Part shown: positions 27,081-32,410 of the stretch, in pieces | Position numbering within the stretch: the stretch's first letter is position 1 | How the letters are laid out: every line of letters begins with the position of its first letter | Assembly (NCBI GenBank): GCA_044222475.1 | Contig: JBGANF010000093.1 | Location: 1-32,410 of the forward strand | Direction of reading: 5' to 3' | DNA from: Polyangiaceae bacterium | GTDB taxonomy: Bacteria > Myxococcota_A > Polyangia > Polyangiales > Polyangiaceae | Length of the DNA: 32,410 nucleotides | Made by a program: the position numbers and the translations under genes | The notes under the pieces: model-generated | The model's database searches: none | Told to the model about the DNA's origin: nothing | Seen by the model: only the letters and a program-made list of their open reading frames with translations

Positions 27081-27782
27081 TCAGCTCACCAGTTTGTAGC
27101 CGAAGCCGTAGACGGTCAGGATGTGCTTCGGCTTGTCCGGCACCGGCTCGATCTTCTTCCGCAGCTTCACGATGAAGTTGTCGACGGTACGATTCGTCGG
27201 CGACGCCTCGAGGCCCCAGATCTTCTGCAGGATCTCGTCCCGCGCGACCGGCTGCCCGACGCGCTCGTGGAGAACCCGCAAGAGCTCGACCTCGTAGAAC
27301 GACAGCTCGTGCGACGTACCGCGCACGACCAGCTTGTGCGCCGCCAGGTTCACCTTGGCGTCGCCGATCTGCACCTCTTCGACCGGGACCGGACCGCCCG
27401 GCGCGCGCGACGTGCGCCGAAACAGCGCCCGAATGCGCGCGATGAGCTCGTTCACGCTGAACGGCTTCGTCACGTAGTCGTCGGCGCCGGAGTCGAGCCC
27501 GCGGATCTTGTCGCTCTCCTGCGAGCGCGCCGTCAGCATGATGATCGGGACGAGAGGGTCGCTCCGCCGGACCTGCTCGCAGACGGCGTAGCCGTTGATG
27601 TCCGGGAGCATGAGGTCGAGGATGATCGCATCCGGCGACTCCGCTTTGGCGAGCCCCACCCCTTCCCGCCCCTTCGACGCGGCCAGAACGCGGAAGCCCT
27701 CGAACTCGAGGGCATCGCGGAGACCGAGCACGATGTGCGGCTCGTCTTCGACGAGCAGGATGGTCTTCTTGGGGCCAGCCAT
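27081..27782 (-). CDS. OmpR/PhoB-family response regulator
   Basis: ILLVEDE, ILDLMLP (phospho-Asp), IIMLTA, GADDYVTKPF, winged helix RTVDNFIVKLRKKIE..HILTVYGFGY. Confidence 0.97.
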   Translation of the reverse strand: MAGPKKTILLVEDEPHIVLGLRDALEFEGFRVLAASKGREGVGLAKAESPDAIILDLMLPDINGYAVCEQVRRSDPLVPIIMLTARSQESDKIRGLDSGADDYVTKPFSVNELIARIRALFRRTSRAPGGPVPVEEVQIGDAKVNLAAHKLVVRGTSHELSFYEVELLRVLHERVGQPVARDEILQKIWGLEASPTNRTVDNFIVKLRKKIEPVPDKPKHILTVYGFGYKLVS

Positions 27783-27819
27783 GCGCGCGGAGCAGCATAA
27801 GCCAACCCCTTTTCGACCG

Positions 27820-30132
27820 CTACCTCGGCGACTGGTCGATGCACTGGAGGTTGATTCGCGCGCCGCTGGGCACGTCGGCGGAGAAGCGCACCGCCTGCGG
27901 GCACTGGTTCTTCGCCGTGCTCGTCACGTAGCACCAGCCGGGGGTCGACCCGCCCTCGCACGTACCATTTTGGTACTGCGACGGAAGGATCTGCGTCATC
28001 TCGCAGACCGTGCCGATGTCGGTGATGGTCGCGTCGACCTTGCGCAGCTCGGCGAGCTTCTGCTCCCGGAAGTGCCGCTCGACGTCCGGATCGGGCGTCT
28101 TCAGGCCCTTCGCCGGGTCGCACACGAGCCCCTCCTGGTTCACCAGCACGAGGCACGCGACCGAGCCGTCGCTCTGCGGAGTCAGGGCGCGCGGGAGGCA
28201 CTGCACCTTGAGCACCTGCTTCAACCGATCGACGATCGCGTTCACCGCCGGGCGGTATCCGTAGTCGCTCGCGGTCTTGTCGGCGACGTTGCGCGCGCAC
28301 AGCGAGCCGACGATGCCCTGCGACCCGAGCCCCTTCGCGACGCGCAGCTGCCGAATCGTCGGGTACGCCTTGCCTCGCACCTGCGTCGTGCCGTTGCACA
28401 ACGGCGAGCCCTCCGGGCCGGTCGCGGTACCGACGCAATCGCACGCGCCGCTGCCCTGCGCGCTGCAGTCCTTCGGCTTCGGCAGCTCGAAGGTGCACGC
28501 GTACTGGAGGTCGAGCCCGACGGCGTTCACGAGGCTCGTCTTCCACTCGCGACCGTGAACCGGATCGGCGGTGTTCTGCGCGGTCGGCGGGGGCAGACCG
28601 GGCCGCGGCGTGATGGACTCGATCATGTGAGGATCCTTGCCGAGGATCTGCGCCCAGTCGGCGTCGCTCAGCGAGTCCTTGAACGCGCTCTTGGCGTCGG
28701 ACGACGTCGCGAGGAGCTGCCACGGGACGCCGCCGATGATCGAGAAGAACACGAGGCTCGGATCACGCGGCCCCTTCTCGAGGTTGCAGAGCGCCTCCGG
28801 GCGAAGGTCGCTGCCGTCGGGGAGCGACTTGGCGAACAGCGGGTTCGTGCACGTCTTCGTGCCGAGGTACGGTCCGGCGCCGCCCTCGTGCTCGCCGTCC
28901 CGGTTCGGGACCGTGCGCGATTTCAGGCCGTCGACGTAGCGCTCGACCGGAAACTGCGGGTCGAAGCCGTAGCGGCGCTTCATGTCGTTCGTGTAACGAA
29001 CGTTGAGCGCGTCTTCGCTCGAGAGGTAGAAGCCCTTCTTGCACTCGGGATCGTCGGCGACCTGCTGGGTCGTCCCTGGCTTCGCTCCCGCGAAGAAGCA
29101 CGGCACGCACGCGCGCGATGCCGGATCGGTCAGGCACTCGCTCGTGCCGCGCGGCATCGTCCCTGGGGCGTGCGGCTGGGGCGACGGGAAGCTCTGCGTC
29201 CGCGTGATCCATCCGCGACCGTCGAGCGCGAGCGGATCGCTCCAGCTGTCCTCTTCGTCGGTCAACATGATGACGGCGACGAGCGAGTCGGGTCGCAGGA
29301 AGTCCTTGCGCTGCTTGAGGAGGACGGCGTCGACTCCCTCGAGCTTCACCTGGTCGGAGAGCGAGCCGTTCGCGCGTGACACCGTCGCCCACGGATCGGG
29401 CTGCACGAGGAAGCGGTACCAAGACTCGAGCTGTGCCTCGAGGCCGCATCCGTACTCCTGAACGCCGACCACGAGGGACTGGAAGTCGGCGGTGAGCGTG
29501 CTCGCATCGGGCTCGGGCGCGACGTTCGGCGCCGGCTTCCCGGCGTTTCCCGGGTCGGCCGGCGGCAACCACGCGAGGAAGCTCCCGCCGTTTCCATCGA
29601 TCGGCTTCGCCGCCGCGACGCTGCCTTCGACGCCGCTCACCGGCTTCGTGCGATTCACGAGCCTTCCTTGGTCGTCGTCGTGGCGCGTGACGCCAGGCGG
29701 GACGGCGCCGCTCCCATTGCACACGTCGGGCGATCCACCTCCGCCGAGCGCCGACGTGACGACACCGATGTGGAGATCGTGCACGGGCTCGAACTCGAGC
29801 GCGAAGCCGGTGGGACACACGAGCTTGCCGGCGACGTTCGTGGGCTTCTGCCGCACCGACTTGTCCTCGCTCTCGCAGTCCGGCGAGAGAAGTCTCTGGA
29901 TGAGATCGGGGACGGCGTCTTTGAAGAGGTCCTGCTTGTCACCCATCGACGCGGAGTTGTCGATCGCGAAGAGGATGTCGACCTTGTCGACGGACTCCTG
30001 CCTCAGCTCCTTCTCCACGATCGGTTTGTCGGTCGGTTCCATCTGGACGATCGGACGAGTCAGACAACCCCATCCGAGCGCCGCCGCAGCGAAGCCCACG
30101 AGCGCGAGACGTTTCATCGACGTTTGTGCCAT
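27820..30132 (-). CDS. Large Cys-rich vWA/MIDAS-like lipoprotein
   Basis: Signal peptide MKRLALVGFAAAALGWG-C; KVDILFAIDNSASM (DxSxS), HIGVVTS, GCGLEAQLE, FLRPDSLVAVIMLTDEED; start at 30132 or 30117. Confidence 0.88.
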   Translation of the reverse strand: MAQTSMKRLALVGFAAAALGWGCLTRPIVQMEPTDKPIVEKELRQESVDKVDILFAIDNSASMGDKQDLFKDAVPDLIQRLLSPDCESEDKSVRQKPTNVAGKLVCPTGFALEFEPVHDLHIGVVTSALGGGGSPDVCNGSGAVPPGVTRHDDDQGRLVNRTKPVSGVEGSVAAAKPIDGNGGSFLAWLPPADPGNAGKPAPNVAPEPDASTLTADFQSLVVGVQEYGCGLEAQLESWYRFLVQPDPWATVSRANGSLSDQVKLEGVDAVLLKQRKDFLRPDSLVAVIMLTDEEDSWSDPLALDGRGWITRTQSFPSPQPHAPGTMPRGTSECLTDPASRACVPCFFAGAKPGTTQQVADDPECKKGFYLSSEDALNVRYTNDMKRRYGFDPQFPVERYVDGLKSRTVPNRDGEHEGGAGPYLGTKTCTNPLFAKSLPDGSDLRPEALCNLEKGPRDPSLVFFSIIGGVPWQLLATSSDAKSAFKDSLSDADWAQILGKDPHMIESITPRPGLPPPTAQNTADPVHGREWKTSLVNAVGLDLQYACTFELPKPKDCSAQGSGACDCVGTATGPEGSPLCNGTTQVRGKAYPTIRQLRVAKGLGSQGIVGSLCARNVADKTASDYGYRPAVNAIVDRLKQVLKVQCLPRALTPQSDGSVACLVLVNQEGLVCDPAKGLKTPDPDVERHFREQKLAELRKVDATITDIGTVCEMTQILPSQYQNGTCEGGSTPGWCYVTSTAKNQCPQAVRFSADVPSGARINLQCIDQSPR

Positions 30133-30177
30133 GCCGATCGATGGCCGCACGCGCGTCGTCCGTCACGGAGTTTGCGT

Positions 30178-30221
30178 ATAAAATACACGAAGGGCGCGGT
30201 GCTTTCGCGCCGCGCCCTTCG
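30178..30221 (-). terminator. Intrinsic terminator between the two vWA-like genes
   Basis: 12-bp perfect stem cgaagggcgcgg / ccgcgcccttcg, GAAA loop on the minus strand, followed by tgtatttt. Confidence 0.8.
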
Positions 30222-30242
30222 AGGGACCGAGCTGCTAGCGGC

Positions 30243-32408
30243 TCAGCCGCCGCCGCCCGCGTCGCTGCCGCTGCCGCTGAGCGCCTCGATGCACTGGAGG
30301 CTGACCGAGGTTCCCGACGCCGGCTGGCCGGTCGCGGAGAACTTGATCGCCTGCGGGCAGGACGAGCCGGCCGCTGCGCCGGTGACGTAGCACCAACCCG
30401 GGTCGGCGATGGTCTCGCACGTACCGTTTTGGTACTTCGACGGGTCGATCTGGGTGAGCTCGCACGCCGGACCGATGTCGGCCGCGGTGGCCTTCGGGTC
30501 CTGCGACTTGAGCTCCGCGAGGCGAGCCTCCTTGAAGCGCTTGAGGACGTCCGGATCCGGCTGCTTCAGGCCCTTCGCCGGGTCGCAGACGGTGTTCTGG
30601 TCCGAGCCGGGCTGGAACGAGATGAGGACGAGGCACGGCACCGTGCCGTCCGGGCTCGGGACGAGCTTCTGCGGGAGGCACTGGCCGGCGAGGACCGCCT
30701 TGAGACGGTCGACGATGGCCGTGACGGCCGGGCGGTAGCCGTAGTCCGGTGCGTTCTTGTCGGTGACGTTGCGCGCGCAGAGCGAGCTGACGATGCCCTG
30801 ACCGGCCATGCCCTTCGCGACGCGAAGCTCACGGATGGTCGGATACGCCTTACCGCGAATCTGCGTGGTGCCGTTGCAGAGCGGCGAGCCGCCGGCGCCC
30901 GTCGCCGAGCCGACGCAGTCGCACGCCTTCTCGTTCTGCGGGAGCGTGCAGTCCTTCTGCGTCGGGAGCTGGAACGTGCAGGCGTACTGGAGGTCGAGGC
31001 CGACCTGGGCGAGGTTGGTCTTCCACTCGCGGCCGTGGACCGGGTCCGCGGTGTTGCCCGCGGTGGGCGGCGGGAGGCCGGCGCGCGGCTCGACCGACTC
31101 GATCATGTGCGGGTCGATGCCGTCGGTCTGGTAGGTCGACGGATCCTTGCCGAGGATCTTCACCCAGTCGCTGTCCGCGAGAGCGGGCTTGAACGGGCTC
31201 TTGTTGTTCGAGCCGTCCTCGACGAGGAGCTGCCACGGGACGCCGCCGATGATGGCGAAGAACACGAGGTCGGACGTGCGCGGGCCGACCTTGAGGTTGC
31301 AGAGCGCATCGGCGCTGGTGTCGCTGCCGTCCGGCAGCTCGCGCGCGAAGAGCGGGTTCGTGCAGTTCTTGGTGCCGAGGTAACCACCGGCGCCGCCCTT
31401 GTGCTCGCCGTCGCGGTTCGGGACCTTGAGGGTCTTGAGACCGTCGATGTAGCGCTGCACCGGGAACTGCGGATCGAAGCCGTACTTGCGCTTCATGTCG
31501 TTCGTGTAGCGAACGTTCAGGTTGTCTTCCGCCGAGGTGTAGAAGCCGAGGCAGTTCGCACCGCAGGACTTCTGGCACTCGGGGTCGGAAGCGATCGGCG
31601 TGTTGTCCGGCTTGTTGCCCTGGAAACCGCACGACGTGCAGTTCGGGTTGTTCGGGCCGGTCTTGGTCGGGTTGTTGACGTCGATCGGCTCGTTGCACTC
31701 GCTGGTGCCGCGCGGCATCGTGCCCGCCTGCTTCGCCTGGGTCGACGGGAAGTTCTGGGTACGGGTGACCCAGCCACGACCGCCGAGCGCGAGAGGATCG
31801 CTCCAGCTGTCCTCTTCGTCGGTCAGCATGATGACGGCGACGAGCGAGTCTTCGCGGAGGAAGTCCTTGCGCTGCTTGAGGAGCTTCGCGTCGACGCCGT
31901 CGAGCGCGACGGCCGCCGCACCGCCGGCGGACTTCGGGATGTTGTCCCACGGGTCCGGCTGGACGAGGAAGCGGTACCAGGACTCGAGCTGGGCTTCGAG
32001 ACCGCAGCCGTACTCTTGGACGCCGACGACGAGGGTCTGGAAGTCCGTCTGCAGCGTCGGCACGTCCGGCTCGGGCGTGACGTTCGGCGCGGGCTTGCCC
32101 TGGTTCTTCGGCTCCGAGGCCGGGAGCCACGCGAGGAAGTTGCCGCCGTTGCCGTCCTTCGGCTTGGCGTTGTTGACGGTGCCCTCGGGGCCGCCGTTCG
32201 GCTTGGTGCGGTTGATCAGCTCGCCCTTGTCGTTGTCGTGGCGAGTGATGCCGGTCGGCACGGCGCCCGAGCCGTCGCAGATGTCGGGCGAGCCGCCGCC
32301 GCCGAGCGACGAAGTGACGATGCCGATGTGGAGATCGTGCACCGGCTGGAACTCCAGCTTGAAGCCGTCGGGGCAGGTGCCGTTGGTGGCCTTCTGCGTG
32401 ACCTTCGG
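30243..32408 (-). CDS. Paralogous Cys-rich vWA-like protein, 5'-truncated by window edge
   Basis: Frame open to window end (PKVTQKATNGTCPDGFKLEFQPVHDLHIG); collinear with 27820-30132 (GVQEYGCGLEAQLESWYRFLVQPDPW, MLTDEEDSWSDPL, LDLQYACTF, GKAYPTIR). Confidence 0.9.
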   Translation of the reverse strand, partial: PKVTQKATNGTCPDGFKLEFQPVHDLHIGIVTSSLGGGGSPDICDGSGAVPTGITRHDNDKGELINRTKPNGGPEGTVNNAKPKDGNGGNFLAWLPASEPKNQGKPAPNVTPEPDVPTLQTDFQTLVVGVQEYGCGLEAQLESWYRFLVQPDPWDNIPKSAGGAAAVALDGVDAKLLKQRKDFLREDSLVAVIMLTDEEDSWSDPLALGGRGWVTRTQNFPSTQAKQAGTMPRGTSECNEPIDVNNPTKTGPNNPNCTSCGFQGNKPDNTPIASDPECQKSCGANCLGFYTSAEDNLNVRYTNDMKRKYGFDPQFPVQRYIDGLKTLKVPNRDGEHKGGAGGYLGTKNCTNPLFARELPDGSDTSADALCNLKVGPRTSDLVFFAIIGGVPWQLLVEDGSNNKSPFKPALADSDWVKILGKDPSTYQTDGIDPHMIESVEPRAGLPPPTAGNTADPVHGREWKTNLAQVGLDLQYACTFQLPTQKDCTLPQNEKACDCVGSATGAGGSPLCNGTTQIRGKAYPTIRELRVAKGMAGQGIVSSLCARNVTDKNAPDYGYRPAVTAIVDRLKAVLAGQCLPQKLVPSPDGTVPCLVLISFQPGSDQNTVCDPAKGLKQPDPDVLKRFKEARLAELKSQDPKATAADIGPACELTQIDPSKYQNGTCETIADPGWCYVTGAAAGSSCPQAIKFSATGQPASGTSVSLQCIEALSGSGSDAGGGG

Positions 32409-32410
32409 AT

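Noticed and set aside
424..32130. Many long alternative-frame and antisense ORFs (e.g. 4711-7299 +, 17440-19869 +, 27595-29379 +, 1356-3212 +)
   Set aside because: Arg/Ala/Pro-rich shadow ORFs expected at high GC; they overlap genes with clear family motifs

Overview
High-GC (~70% by eye) bacterial DNA whose gene content points to a myxobacterium of the Polyangiales type. The indicators are an FHA-GAF sigma54 activator, a TPR-PEGA protein, Cys-rich lipoproteins and vWA-like lipoproteins. About 27 CDSs are supported. Housekeeping genes include mutS2, gpsA, lepB, acs, a dCMP deaminase, a MATE transporter, a LysR regulator and an OmpR-family regulator. Also present are an octaheme cytochrome c translationally coupled to a small His-motif membrane protein, and a ddl gene broken by an internal deletion and frameshift. 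Many cell-envelope genes occur as tandem paralog pairs: two tiny disordered lipoproteins ending in PAK, two orphan 539-aa Cys-rich substrate-binding lipoproteins, and two vWA/MIDAS lipoproteins. The most notable non-coding signal is three ~110-135 bp palindromic elements, each between convergent genes. Two of them share a 29/30-nt identical left arm built from 9-nt-periodic CGCCA(A/G)G units (REPIN/MITE-like). No tRNA, rRNA, CRISPR array or transposase was seen. All calls are motif-based by eye; no database searches were run.
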